Below, in pieces: positions 15,780 to 29,168 of a stretch of DNA of 64,000 nt. The stretch comes from Eledone cirrhosa (Eukaryota), in assembly GCA_964016885.1 (NCBI GenBank), contig OZ024748.1, forward strand, positions 27,590,001 to 27,654,000. The letters run 5' to 3'. Below the pieces are notes generated by a model. It worked only from the letters and a program-made list of their open reading frames with translations, did not search any database and was not told where the DNA came from. The first letter of the stretch is position 1, and the number at the start of each line of letters is the position of its first letter. The translations under genes were made by a program, and so were the position numbers.

Positions 15780-16920
15780 TAATTTATTTACACGTTCTAC
15801 TCTATTACCAATTAATGTTTCTGACTAACATTTTCTTCAATTCTTGAAGACGTTTGTCCTAAGTTTAAAAAATACATACAATTGTGCCCAAATTACATGG
15901 TATATTTTTCCTTGGGTGTTTTTGATGGCAAGAATTAAATTACAAATTTTACATTGACTCTGTTACTTTGAAGTAGAAGGTTACAATGTCCGTATCTCTG
16001 AAAATGATTAAAATTCCTAAAAATGATAGTTGATTGTATTCGAATGTAAACCGAATATTGTTGTTTATACTATTAAAGTTTTGAACTCATTAAAACAATC
16101 ATCCAAGTAAGTATTTATGGAAGTTATCGCTGTACCCTAAAGGCGGTGAACTAGCAGAGTCGTTAGAATGTTGGATAGAATAATTTACAGTGTTCGTTCC
16201 AACTCTCTGCTCTCTGAGTTCAAATCCTACTAAGGTCAACTTTGCCTTTCACCCGTTTAAGGTCGATAAAAAAGTACCAGTCTAATACTGAGGCCGATTC
16301 TTCCTCTATATCTCTTTCTCAATTCCTTTTTCTCATACTCTATCCTTCTCTGGAAAAAATCTGCTGTATTCAGACCTCGGGGGAAGGTGGGCTCCGCCTG
16401 GTTTTAAAATGCCTTAGAAACGCTGTAAGTCAATATGGCACCTCTACGACTCCCTCATGAATTACGTATCCACATCTTAACCTAGATTGTTGGAATATTG
16501 GTCTTCTAAAGATGCATTGACTAAATTAGTGAAATTTGGAGCAATGTTAGTTCCCATGGTGGTCCAGGATATTTGTCTGTAAATCTTGATATTGAACTTG
16601 AAATAATTATGTTGCCAGGTGAATTCTATTGCTCCAATGATTAATTTTATTCTCTATTTATTCAGATGGTTCTTTAGTAACATTTCCAAGCGAGAATTCG
16701 ATAGCCTGTAATCTATATTCATTTGAAATCTTAGTATAAAAGTTCAATGTATCAAATGAAACTAAGAGTGTTTCTGTTGATTGTTTTCGGGATCTGGTAC
16801 ATTGTGACTAAGCCAATAAGTTTCAAAAGGATATCCCAATAGTTGTTCAATCTCTATGTTCCACAGGAAATACTTGCTACAATTGGTCTTCATTTTAAAT
16901 CATTAGGATATTACATAGCA
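15780..16920 (-). pseudogene. Decayed Penelope-like element (PLE) reverse transcriptase, interrupted by a SINE
   Basis: Manual minus-strand translation across stops and frameshifts gives PLE RT motifs in the expected order: DLK*RPIVASISCGT*RLNNYWDILLK (~16900-16820), ETLLVSFDTLNFYTKISNEYRLQAIEF, NYFKFNIKIYRQISWTTMGTNIAPNFTNL, YLDDCF (~16109-16092), IRFTFEYNQLSFLG, FNSCHQKHPRKNIP, KRLQELKKML. Confidence 0.9.
16140..16470 (+). mobile_element. tRNA-derived SINE with alternative (long) tail
   Basis: Head GGCGGTGAACTAGCAGAGTCGTTAGA...GAGTTCAAATCC...GGTCGATAAAAAAGTACCAGT. Its tail is shared with the copies at 19975 and 21373. Confidence 0.8.
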
Positions 16921-18209
16921 ATGCTGCAGGTATCGTTTATATTTTTTAAGGATTAGAGGAGGGGAACAATAAATGTGAGTGTACTTGTGTGTATGTGTGT
17001 GTTTGTGTGTGCCTGTATGTGTGTGTGTGTGTGTGTGAATACAGGCATTCTATCTATCTATCTATATATCTATCTATATATCTGTCTCCCCATCTATCTG
17101 TGTATCTGTTTGTCTCCTATCTATCTATCTATCCATCCGTATGTCTCCGCATCTATCTATCTATCTATCTAGCTATTGCCCCCCCCCTCATCCCTCGCCC
17201 CTCTGTATCTGTACGTCTCCCCATCTGTCTCATCCTTCTCTATCACACTACTCTAATCACCTGACCGTCCCAATTCAAAGCCCTGATTAACATACATGTG
17301 GCACATGGCACAAGGCACACGACACACGTCAATCGACACACGCCATACTGTGTGTAGTAGACAGATGTATGAGGAGGGGTGACACAAACGAGGTGGTGAT
17401 GGGGGAGGATGAGGGGGAAGGAGAGACGGAGTGGATGAAGAGAAATGGGAGTGAGGGGGGTTACAAAGTTAACTTCCTCCCTGCGCCCACTACCCCCATC
17501 ACCTTCTACTCCGGTTCTGTTCACTGAACCACAACCTCTTGCCTGTTGACACGCACAGACTATACATCATACATACATACACACGCATGTACACATGTAC
17601 ATACACAAATGTATGTAAGAACACACAAAATACATACACATCATACGGCAGTCACACACACACTATAAAATGCCCATGTACGCATACATATACACACACA
17701 CACATGCACATCACACACGTATACACATAAACACACATACATATACACAATCTTCCTTTATCCCCAACTAAATCAATTTTCTTCATTTTCTTCCTCGTCC
17801 TTCACCTCCTGCCCCTCCCTCTTCTCCACCTCCTATAACCCTCCCCCCCCCCGTCATATTGCCCCGCCACCACCACCACCTACCCTGTTATTTTTCACAC
17901 TCATTGCACCTTCGTCTATTACTATCACTACCGCCACAACCACCACTACTTCAACTACTGCTGCTACTACTACTACTACAATCACCACTACTGTTGCTGC
18001 TACTGCTGCTGCTGCTGCTACTACTACTACTACTGACATTACCACTACTACAACTGTTACTACTACTTCCAACCACCACTACAACCTCTTACTACCATCA
18101 CCACGACCCTCTACAGAGCCACCATCTTCACTACTACAGCTGCTACCAGTTTAATACTACAACTATAGGCAGCACTAACGTCGGTAGTACTGCGACCACC
18201 AGCACTAAC

Positions 18210-18518
18210 AATAATTGTTTCTACTTTAGGCACAAGGCCAGCATTTACCCAGTACATTACTGGTACTTTATTTTATCGACCCCGTAAGGATGAAAGGCAA
18301 CAATAATGATTTCTAGTATAGGCACAAGGCCAGTAATTTGGGGGGAGGAGAAAGTCGACTAAATCGACCCCAGTACATTACTGGTACTTTATTTTATGGA
18401 CTCCGTAAGTATGAAAGGCAAGTTAACCTCGGCGTGATTTGAACTCAGATCATAAAGGGCCGTAACTCTTTGCTACAAAGCATGGTGTCCGACCCTCTAC
18501 CGATACTGCCAATCCACC
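18210..18518 (-). mobile_element. Two adjacent copies (one truncated) of the main tRNA-derived SINE
   Basis: Reverse complement of GGCAGTATCGGTAGAG...GAGTTCAAATC...CTTTCATCCTTACGGGGTCGATAAAATAAAGTACCAGTAAT...GGCCTTGTGCC..AGTAGAAAC. Confidence 0.9.
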
Positions 18519-18559
18519 AATGTCGCTAACACAGCAACCATTCTCTATAATCCATCACC

Positions 18560-19390
18560 AACTTTACCACCACCACAACAACAACAAACACTACCACCAC
18601 CACAACAACAATAAACACTACCACCACCACAACAACAAACACTACCACCACAACAAAAAACACTCCCACCAGCACAACAACAACAAACACTACCACCACC
18701 ACAACAACAAACACTACCACCACCACCACAACAACAAACACTACCACCACCACAACAACAACAAACACTACCACCACCACCACAACAACAAACACTACCA
18801 CCACCACAACAACAACAAACACTGCCACCACCACAACAACAAACACTACCACCACCACCACAACAAAAAACACTCCCACCAGCACAACAACAACAAACAC
18901 TACCACCACCACAACAACAAACACTACCACCACCACCACAACAACAACAAACACTATCACCACCACAACAACAAACACCATCACCACAACAACAAACACT
19001 ACCACCACCACCACAACAACAAACACTACCACCACCACCACAACAACAACAAGCACTACCACCACCACAACAACAAACACTACCACCACCACCACAACAA
19101 CAACAAACACTATGACCACCACAACAACAACAAACACCACCACCACCACAACAACAAACACCACCACCACAACAACAATAAACACCACCACCACCACAAC
19201 AACAACAATAAACACCACCACCACCACAACAACAACAATAAACACCACCACCACCACAACAACAAACACCACCACCACAACAACAATAAACACCACCACC
19301 ACCACCACAACAACAACAATAAACACCACCACCACCACCACAACAATAATAAACACCACCACCACCACAACAACAACAACAACAACAAAC
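18560..19390. repeat. Compound (CAC)n(AAC)n AAACACTAC trinucleotide minisatellite
   Basis: Directly visible; produces the His/Asn-rich ORF 18520-19437. Confidence 0.95.
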
Positions 19391-19824
19391 AGTACCGCCA
19401 TCACCAACCTACGCCACCATTGAAACCACGCCTATGACTTCCAGTCCTGTCAACACTAATATGACTATTTTATCACGAACTCTACCAACAATATCACTAT
19501 TGTCACCACCACTACCTCCACCACTACTACCGCCACTACCACCGCCACCACTACTACTTCTACTACTCTTAATTGTATCTTTGATTCCATTTTCATCGTC
19601 ACCGTCTGCAGCATAATTATCACCATTATCATCACAACCACCACTACCAACATCAGCATCACTGTCATTATGAATATGATAATCATAACCACTACCATCA
19701 TCATCATCATCATCATCATCATGACATCATCGTTATTACCACCATCACCATCTAGACCATTCTTATCACCACCGCCATCATCACCATCATCTTCACCATC
19801 ATCATGATTGGTTTTGTACGTTAC

Positions 19825-19935
19825 GTGAAATGTAGTGTTTTGCTCAAGAGCACAACACACAACCCAGTCGAGGAATCAAACACACGACATTATGTTCGTA
19901 TATCTAACACCTTTACCATTAGGCCACGCGCCTCC
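19825..19935 (-). mobile_element. tRNA-head/CORE-type SINE fragment
   Basis: Minus strand reads GGAGGCGCGTGGCCTAATGGTAAAGG...GTTTGATTCC...GCTCTTGAGCAAAACACT (A box, B box, CORE-like start). Related to 52575-52730. Confidence 0.7.
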
Positions 19936-19974
19936 GCCGAATAGCAATATGATATTTAAAAAAAAGACATCAAA

Positions 19975-20258
19975 TTGGCAAAATGGTTAGAACGTCGGAT
20001 AGAACGCTTTGTAATTTTCATTCTCTGCACTCTGGGTTCAAATTCCGTCGATGTCAGCTTGCTTTTTATCCATTCGAGGTCGATGAGTAAAAAACCGATC
20101 CAGTATTGAGATCGATTTTTCCTCTTATTCCTTTTCATTCATTCTTTCTCCTTTTCTGGAACAAATTGACTATGTGCAGACCCGGAGAAGGGTTGGGCCA
20201 CGCCAGGTTTAAAATGCCAATGACGGCGCCACTACGACTCCATCAGTAGTTATACGTT
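19975..20258 (+). mobile_element. tRNA-derived SINE with alternative tail
   Basis: TTGGCAAAATGGTTAGAAC...GGGTTCAAATTCC. Tail CAGACCCGGAGAAGGG...TTTAAAATGCC...CTACGACTCC. Confidence 0.8.
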
Positions 20259-21328
20259 CAAGATAAGGCGATGTTCACAATGGACCCGTGTTTAGAGTTC
20301 AATACGTTAAGCACTGGACCAAACGCAGAAGACCATTTCATTTCTTACATGAAAACCAGATTCCCACGGGAGAACCCAACTGTGTGGGTCGAGCAAAAAG
20401 AATATATCTTCATTAAAAACAATTCTGGATTGTAGCTATCGCTGAGTGTGGGCTGTAGCGAGTGTTGTGTGTGGGCAAGTGTTGAGTACGAGCTACATGG
20501 TGTGACTTCATTAAGCACAATTCTGGGCTGTAGTGTGTATGTAGTGTGTATTCAGTGTAGCGAGTGCATAGTGTAGGTGATATGATGTTCTGAATATTAA
20601 AAATATACCAGTATCCGGGACATGTGATTGTGTAAGGATGATAAGGGAGGTAAATCGAAACAGACAAGCAACACCATCACCACCACCAACACCATCACCA
20701 ACAGAATTAACAAGCAGCAACAAACAACAACCAACACCACCACGAACACCATCGTCACCACCAACACCACTACCAAGCACCATCACCTATATCACTACTG
20801 TGAAAAACCACCTCCACCTCAAGAGAGGGAGAGTGTGTGTGTTTGTGTGTGTCTCACAACAAACACTATCGCCAGCACCACCACAAGAAAGAGAGAGTAG
20901 GTGTGTGAATGTGTATGTGTGTGTGTGTGTGTGTAAGTATGTGTGACGTGTCGAGGTGAGCATTGTGTGTATATGCTTGTGTGTTATGCTTGTGTGTATG
21001 TCACCAATACTGCTTCCAACATCCGTCCCGCCTACAGTTAAAACGGCAGCATCGGGGAAACTTTACAGCAGCTGTCGTCACCATGACAACCTGATTGTGA
21101 TGGTGGTGATGGTGGTGGTGGTGGTGGTAGTGTTGACTGTAGTGCTAATGGCAATGATGATGGTTGACGCTGGAGTGTTGCATGTCACAAGATGGCGGCA
21201 GCGGATGCTGGAACGGGGCGGGAACGGGTGTTGGGGAAGGCAACAAGAAATTCTTTCTGTCACATGTATATACACACGAACATACATACACAAACTAGTG
21301 TACACGCACACACACACACACACACTCA

Positions 21329-21372
<44 letters not shown>

Positions 21373-21373
<1 letters not shown>

Positions 21374-21680
21374 GGCGAAATAGCAGAATGGCAGTCATTA
21401 GAACGACGGATAGAATGCTTTGCAAAATTTGATTCCGCTGTCGGTGATCTCAGTTCAAATTCCGCCGAGGTTAGTTCTGCCTTTCATCCTTTTGAGGTCG
21501 AGAAATAAAGTACAAGTCTACTATTGAGCTCGATTCTTTCTCTTTTCTCTCTGACACACTCTTTCTCTCATTCTCTGGAAGTACTCGGCTGTGTTCAGAC
21601 CTGGAAAAGGATTGACTCCGTCAGTTTTAAATGTCACGACGGCACCCCTACGAATCCCTCAAGGGTTAATGACACACGTT
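21373..21680 (+). mobile_element. tRNA-derived SINE with alternative tail
   Basis: ATGGCAGTCATTAGAAC...AGTTCAAATTCCGCCGAGGTTAG. Tail CAGACCTGGAAAAGG...TTTTAAATGTC...CTACGAATCCC. Confidence 0.8.
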
Positions 21681-21712
<32 letters not shown>

Positions 21713-22012
21713 CATATATACAATCACACAAACTGTTATAGTGTACTTATTTATATTCACATTCGCACGCATATCCATATACGCACAAGACTCGGACGTG
21801 TACTTCGAGTGTCACAGATGCACGTAACTTACACACATACACACACATGTATATATATATATATACATATACACTTTCACACAAACACATCACACACTAA
21901 CACACACATACATATATATATACACTTTCACACACTCATCACACCCTCTCTCTCTCACACACGCATCACAACACACACTCTCTCACACACACATATATTT
22001 AAACACACACAC

Positions 22013-22054
<42 letters not shown>

Positions 22055-22281
22055 CACAAACTCTGTACATACAACACCTAAGTTGTCGTCTGTTATGAAA
22101 TACCATTAAGAAAAACTGAGATCTTCATACGTGACTCAGATCCTTCATTTTCTTTTTCTTTTTTCATTCTCCAGCTTCAACCCACCCGTTTGAAGAAATC
22201 TATCTTCGTTAATAACTTCTTTCCTCCTTATTCTTTCATCCAATTCTTTCTATTTCTTCCTTCCTTATTTCATTTTCAGGA

Positions 22282-23055
<774 letters not shown>

Positions 23056-23177
23056 GGTGTTGGATGCTTAAAGCGTCCGTATGCGGTAGGCCGTATCAGC
23101 ACTCGATGCTCTCATAGAGCAGAGTATGATATCACAGAAAAAAAATGAATCGGTGTTGCGACGAATAGAATTTATTG

Positions 23178-23273
23178 GACATATTACAATCGTTTCTCTG
23201 GCGACCAGCTCGAGGCACGATCGATGTGATGATGGAACCTGACTATGAAAATCGCAAAGTCCTCAGATACGTC
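23178..23273 (-). ncRNA. Type I hammerhead ribozyme with long stem II
   Basis: Minus strand: stem I GACGUAU / AUAUGUC; core CUGAGGA; stem II closed imperfectly by UGCGAUU...GGUCGCCA; GAAA; stem III C-GAUU-G; cleavage triplet GUA; AAUAAA immediately downstream. Confidence 0.75.
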
Positions 23274-23524
23274 TTGATTCTACGAAGCAGATTTTCCAAA
23301 TGGAAAATCTGCTTCGTAGAATCAAGACGTATCTATAATAAATTGGAGTGAAAGCAACTGGTGCGTGTGTTTCTTATTGGCAACATGACCCTCCCAAAGC
23401 ATAACAATATATATATATATATTTATATATATAAATAAAGGCATCTCCTTCAAAAGTGAAGCGAGTTGAGGTTGACAGGAGTCGAACACGTGACCACTAA
23501 TTTCCTAGTCTAATGACCCATAAG

Positions 23525-23555
<31 letters not shown>

Positions 23556-23592
23556 TTATATATATATATATGTATTTATATATATATTTATA

Positions 23593-23675
<83 letters not shown>

Positions 23676-23691
23676 GTATTATTTATATATA

Positions 23692-23735
<44 letters not shown>

Positions 23736-23839
23736 AATACATATATATATGTATTTATATGTATATATAAATACACACAAAAACAAGATGGCGCAGGTCA
23801 GAACAAAGGAGAGGCACAAAACAAAGAAAAGAATCCACA

Positions 23840-23882
23840 GTCACTGAAGAGGTCACAGAATGTGTGACGAAAGAACTTTGAC
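23840..23882 (+). ncRNA. Minimal type I hammerhead-like motif
   Basis: GUCA-CUGAAGA-G-GUCACA(gaaug)UGUGAC-GAAA-G(AA)C-UU-UGAC. One extra G before stem II and a very short stem III. Confidence 0.55.
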
Positions 23883-24513
23883 AATATATGAACAACCGTC
23901 CGGTTGTGGAACGAACCAACCAACCGGAAATTTATAAATGTTTTGAAAACATTTTTTGAAAATTTTTTTTTATTCATAATAAATTGGAGTGAAAGCAACT
24001 GGTGCGTGTGTTTCTTATTGGCAACATGACCCTCCCAAAGTATAATAATATATAAATATATATATATATATATTTTTATATATATATATATATATACACA
24101 TATGTATGTATAGATATGTGTGTGTGTATGTGTATGTATATCTGTATGTATGTATGTGTATGTATGTATGTGTATGTATATATATATGTGTATGTATGTA
24201 TGTGTATGTGTGTACGTGTATGTATGTGTATGTATACACTTTCCCTTTTTGACATTCTATAATTCTTTCATCTATTAATTTCTATTTCTTCTTTCTTCAT
24301 TTCTGCACCTTTTCTAATATTCAATTTTATTCCCTCACCGCTGCCACTACCCTCTTTTTCCTCTCTCTTTCTCCCTCTCTCTCTTTCTATGACCGCTGCC
24401 ACCACCACCCTTCCCCCTCTCTCTCTCTCTTTCTATCACCATTGCTACCACCACCCTTCCCTCTCTCACTCTCTGTTTCTATCACAGCTGCCACCACCAT
24501 CTCTCTCTCTATG

Positions 24514-24554
<41 letters not shown>

Positions 24555-24889
24555 CTATCACCGCTGACACTACCCCCTCTTTCCTCTCTATCTCTCTATC
24601 ACCTCTGCCACTACACCCCTCTCTCTCACCGCTGCCACCACCCCCTCTTTCCTCTCTCTCTCTCTCTCTATCGTCGCTGCCACCACCACCTTTCCCCCTC
24701 TCTAACTCTCTCTTAATTTTTATATTTCTCCCATTTCTCTAAAGAGCAAGTTCTGTTATTTCTCTTTTTCATTCATTTCATTTTCTTCAAATTCGTAGTT
24801 CTATCGCCTCCTTCTGGATTCTTTTTCTCCTCATCTCATGTCCCACCAACTTGTCCCATGTCATATCCCATGTCTCACCTCCTCATCTT

Positions 24890-25225
24890 CTCTTTCTCCC
24901 ATGTCTTATCTCCTCCTTGTCATACCTCTCCCACTCACTTTCTCTCTCTCATGTCCCACCTCACTCTGTTTCATGTCTCACCTCACACTCTCTCATGTCT
25001 CACCTCACACTCTCTCATGTCCCACCTCACTCTCTCTTATGTCTCACCTCACACTCTCTCATGTCTCACCTCACACTCTCTCATGTCTCACCTCACTCTC
25101 TCTCATGTCCCACCTCACTCTCTCTCTCATGTCTCACCTCACACTCTCTCTCATGTCTCACCTCACACTCTCTCTCATGTCTCACCTAACACTCCCTCAT
25201 GTCCCACCGCACTCTCTCTCTCTCA
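24890..25225. repeat. ~22-26-bp tandem repeat TCATGTCTCACCTCACAC(TC)n
   Basis: Directly visible. Confidence 0.9.
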
Positions 25226-25287
25226 TTTTATTGAATGAAACAAGATACCCTTTGTTGGGTTTCCCATTTTTATTAATCATATATTAA

Positions 25288-25470
25288 GGGTGGCGGATTG
25301 GCAGTATCGGTAGAGGGTCGGACGCCATGCTTTGACGCATAGAGTTACGGCCCTTACCATTCTGAGTTCAAATCCTTTCATCCTTACGGGGTCGATAAAA
25401 TAAAGTACCAGTAATGCACTGGGTAATTGCTGGCCTTGTGCCAAAAGTAGAAACAATTATTATTATTATT
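25288..25470 (+). mobile_element. Main tRNA-derived SINE with (ATT)n tail
   Basis: GGCGGATTGGCAGTATCGGTAGAG...GAGTTCAAATCC...GGCCTTGTGCCAAAAGTAGAAACAATTATTATT. Confidence 0.9.
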
Positions 25471-26501
25471 ATCATTGTTTTTCCTTTTCCTTGAGTATTG
25501 TTTCTGTTATATGCCGGAGTGTCTTCCTGACACCTAGGGCAAATAAACTCACTGTATACATTGGTTTATTCCATGTGTTTATTCCATGCTTCCGTTAACC
25601 TTCTTGATGCCCACGACATTATGATCGTATGTCCAACACCCTAACTACAAGGCAACGCGCGTCACCAGTTATATTACGAAGTCCCTCCAAATTCTCGATG
25701 ATTTTTTTTGAAATGATTTACAAATTATTGGCAGTGTCTTACTTTAGAAACATGGTCACGAAAGAGTTAATATATAACCCCAAGATCTGTCTATCTTCTT
25801 TGCCTCTATCAATATGTGTGTCTATGTATGTGTCTGTCTATCTACCTATCTAGCTAGCTGTATCTATTTGTCGTTCCTTCTTTTTTGTCTACTTCCGCCA
25901 TTTTATTTCTTTCTCTAATACTTCCTGTTTTCTTCCTATACCACTTCCTATCCATTTTTCTTTTCGAAATTTCTTCTTTGCTTCTTTTATTCATCTACAT
26001 CCTTTATCGTTTTCTTTCAATCTTTTCTTCTCTCTCTTTTTCAATCATTTTCCTTTCAGAATTTTCTCTTTTAACAATGTCTTTCTATTCTCAATCCTCT
26101 TCCATCCTTTCTTTCGTTTGTTCCCCCACCCACACTCCCAATAGACGCAGGATAACTGGCGGCATTTTGGGCAAGTGTTATTTACCTCAGCCTTGAGTTG
26201 AGCCATGCCTTGTGAAGGAAATTAGTATTGCTGAAACTGTTTAGAAAGCCCGCCCGATTGACAGTATCAGTAATTCAAAGGGCCAGTAATCGTCACACTC
26301 TTCTGTCACGCAGAATCTCCCAGAAAGCTATGTTGAGGGTACGTACATATATCTGTAGAATACCGAGTCACATGGTCTGAGATAGATATAAGAATAGGTG
26401 AATGCAATGATGCGCTGATTTTGTGTCAACAATAGGTAAAGGCGAAACTGCCGGAAGGGCCCACTCTATATACAACGTGCGCGTATGTACACACACATAT
26501 A

Positions 26502-26665
26502 TAATTGTTTCTACTTTTGGCACAAGGCCAGCAATTAACCAGTACATTACTGGTACTTTATTTTATCGACCTCTGTATGGATGAAAGGCAAAGTTAAGCT
26601 CGGCGGGATTTGAACTCAGATCGTAAAGGGACGTAACTATGCTCTACCAATACTGCCAATTCACA
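26502..26665 (-). mobile_element. Main tRNA-derived SINE
   Basis: Reverse complement matches the 25288 and 32911 copies. Confidence 0.88.
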
Positions 26666-27238
26666 AGTATATATATATATATTGAAGGATAAGTATTTTA
26701 GACTTTATTTTATCATGAGTTAAGGCTCTATTGATTTTTCCCTGGATTTCACTAAATTCTGTGAATGAATTTATATCCTGATTCTCTTTTGAGATGAGTT
26801 TGAATTATTTTTCCTACATCTTACGTTAACTATTTTTCCCATCTTGACGACATAGTCGCATATATGTTATGGAATACTGTTAGCTTATCGCTATGTATGT
26901 ATGTATGTATATATGTATGTATATATATATGTATGTATATATATATATGTATGTATATCATCATCATCATCATCGCCGTTTTACGTCCGTTCTTCCACGC
27001 TAGCATGGGTTAGACGGATATATATATATATATATGTATGTCTATACATATGTACAGTGAAGAATAACATGGTCAACAGTACAAAAAGGGTTTTATTTAA
27101 GGTATTAACAATTGTTTCATTGATTAGAATGTCTAATCAATGAAATGTTGAGTTAAACAACGCCGTAAGTTAAAACTATCCACAGTACAAAGTACTCACA
27201 ACCACTAACTGGATTACCTATAACGATAATTTGTTATC

Positions 27239-27317
<79 letters not shown>

Positions 27318-27414
27318 ATATATAAGTATATATAGGTATATATATATAAGTATTTCTGTAGAAAAGGTAAAGGAAAGAAGAGTGCTCTATGTATAGTAAG
27401 GAGATATTTAATTA

Positions 27415-27600
27415 TGTAATAAACAACTCAATACAATTATTCCATTACCCAAGGTTTCACGAAGGCAGGCGACCCCAACAGAGGCGTCCGAAGTCATTTA
27501 TCAGAAGGAAATGTTCCTTCTGATGAACGACTTCTGTTGAGGTCGCCTGCCTTTGTGAAACCTTGGGTAATGGAATAATTGTATTGTGTTGTTTATTACA
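27415..27600. mobile_element. Fold-back palindrome carrying two outward-facing HHRs (PLE-derived)
   Basis: Arms TGTAATAAACAAC...CAGAAGGAA / TTCCTTCTG...GTTGTTTATTACA with a 3-nt loop. The left flank 27350-27415 is homologous to the reverse complement of 43295-43355. Confidence 0.85.
27514..27575 (+). ncRNA. Type I hammerhead ribozyme
   Basis: UUCCUU-CUGAUGA-[stem II region with CGACUUC/GAGGUCG]-GAAA-CC(UUG)GG-UA-AUGGAA. The mirror copy at 27440-27510 (-) has a mutated core, CUGAUAA. Confidence 0.7.
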
Positions 27601-27610
27601 CACACACACG

Positions 27611-27693
<83 letters not shown>

Positions 27694-27842
27694 TATATAA
27701 TATATATATAATATATATATGTATATATAATATATATATATATATAATATATATATATATATATAATATATATATATAATATATATATTATTATTATGTA
27801 ATAAACAACATAAGGCAATTATTCCATTTACCAGTGGTTTCT

Positions 27843-27890
<48 letters not shown>

Positions 27891-27984
27891 TATATATAAT
27901 ATATATATATATATAATATATATATACATATATATATATATATACATATATATACATATATATATATGTATATATACATATATA

Positions 27985-28033
<49 letters not shown>

Positions 28034-28141
28034 GTATATATATGTATATATATATATATATATGTATATATATGTATATATATGTATATATATTATTATA
28101 TATATATATATATATACATATATATATACATATATATATAC

Positions 28142-28186
<45 letters not shown>

Positions 28187-28309
28187 CATATATATATGTA
28201 TATATATACATATATATATACATATATATATATATAGAGAGAGAGAGAGAATTCACAGGAATCAAAGCTATGTTCAAAGCATTTATTAGCTTACAATTGT
28301 TTCATCCAA

Positions 28310-28366
<57 letters not shown>

Positions 28367-28385
28367 TTATAAACATATACATATA

Positions 28386-28929
28386 TCTACATATACATAT
28401 ATACACATAGGAAAAAGAGAAGAGATGATGCCTATTCACAAAATTTCAGCAAACTTCAAGGGGGCTACACCCCCTCATTAGGGTTCCTCGGGGGCACAAA
28501 CCCCCGCTGAAAATGTTTTCCCTTCGATTTATATGAAATTTAAACCATAGGTAAATGACAAAATATGATGCCTATTCACAAAAGTTTTGAATTGATATTT
28601 TGAAAAAAAATTATTTACAAGAAACAAAATAAGAATAAGATTTAATACAATACATATCTATATCCATATATCTCTCTCCTATTAACTCTCAACTAAAATA
28701 CTCATTCTAAATTGGTGAACACCCACAAAAATGCCTATTTCTATAAATATTATTTTGATTTGATATATTAGCAAAAATTAAGTTTTTCAATTTTTCATGC
28801 ATTACATTTTACATTGAGTAATATTGAAATGCAGAGCTTTTCTCCATAAATTATATCACTTATTTAAAATCAATCATCATTTTCTCACAAAAAGTGTGAA
28901 ACGCAGCAAGGCGCGGGTAATTCGGCTAG
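28386..28929 (+). mobile_element. Non-autonomous Helitron-like element
   Basis: 3' end has a GC-rich hairpin-like CGCAGCAAGGCGCG followed by GGTAATTCGGCTAG|T. Candidate A|TC 5' end. Internal direct repeat ATGATGCCTATTCACAAAA. The 5' boundary is uncertain. Confidence 0.6.
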
Positions 28930-28957
28930 TAGATATATATATATATATATGCCTTTT

Positions 28958-28986
<29 letters not shown>

Positions 28987-28988
<2 letters not shown>

Positions 28989-29090
28989 TGTTTCTACTTT
29001 TGGCACACACAAGGCCAGCAAATTACTCAGTGTATTACTGGTACTTTATTTTATCGACCCCGTAAGGATGAAAGGCAAAGTTAACCTCGA
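28987..29090 (-). mobile_element. 5'-truncated main SINE
   Basis: 3' half of the main SINE in reverse orientation. Confidence 0.85.
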
Positions 29091-29136
29091 AATAAAGCCC
29101 CTTGTTGTACAGTCGACCATGTTATTCTTCAATCTT

Positions 29137-29168
<32 letters not shown>

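Noticed and set aside
16888-16895. In-frame TGA in the PLE RT as a possible selenocysteine codon
   Set aside because: The same relic has TAA/TAG stops and frameshifts, so ordinary decay explains it.
18520-19437. His/Asn-rich 305-aa ORF
   Set aside because: Trinucleotide repeat whose start lies at a SINE edge; no gene context.
25288-25380. tRNA gene-like A/B boxes
   Set aside because: These are SINE heads with no full cloverleaf and continue into SINE body and tail.
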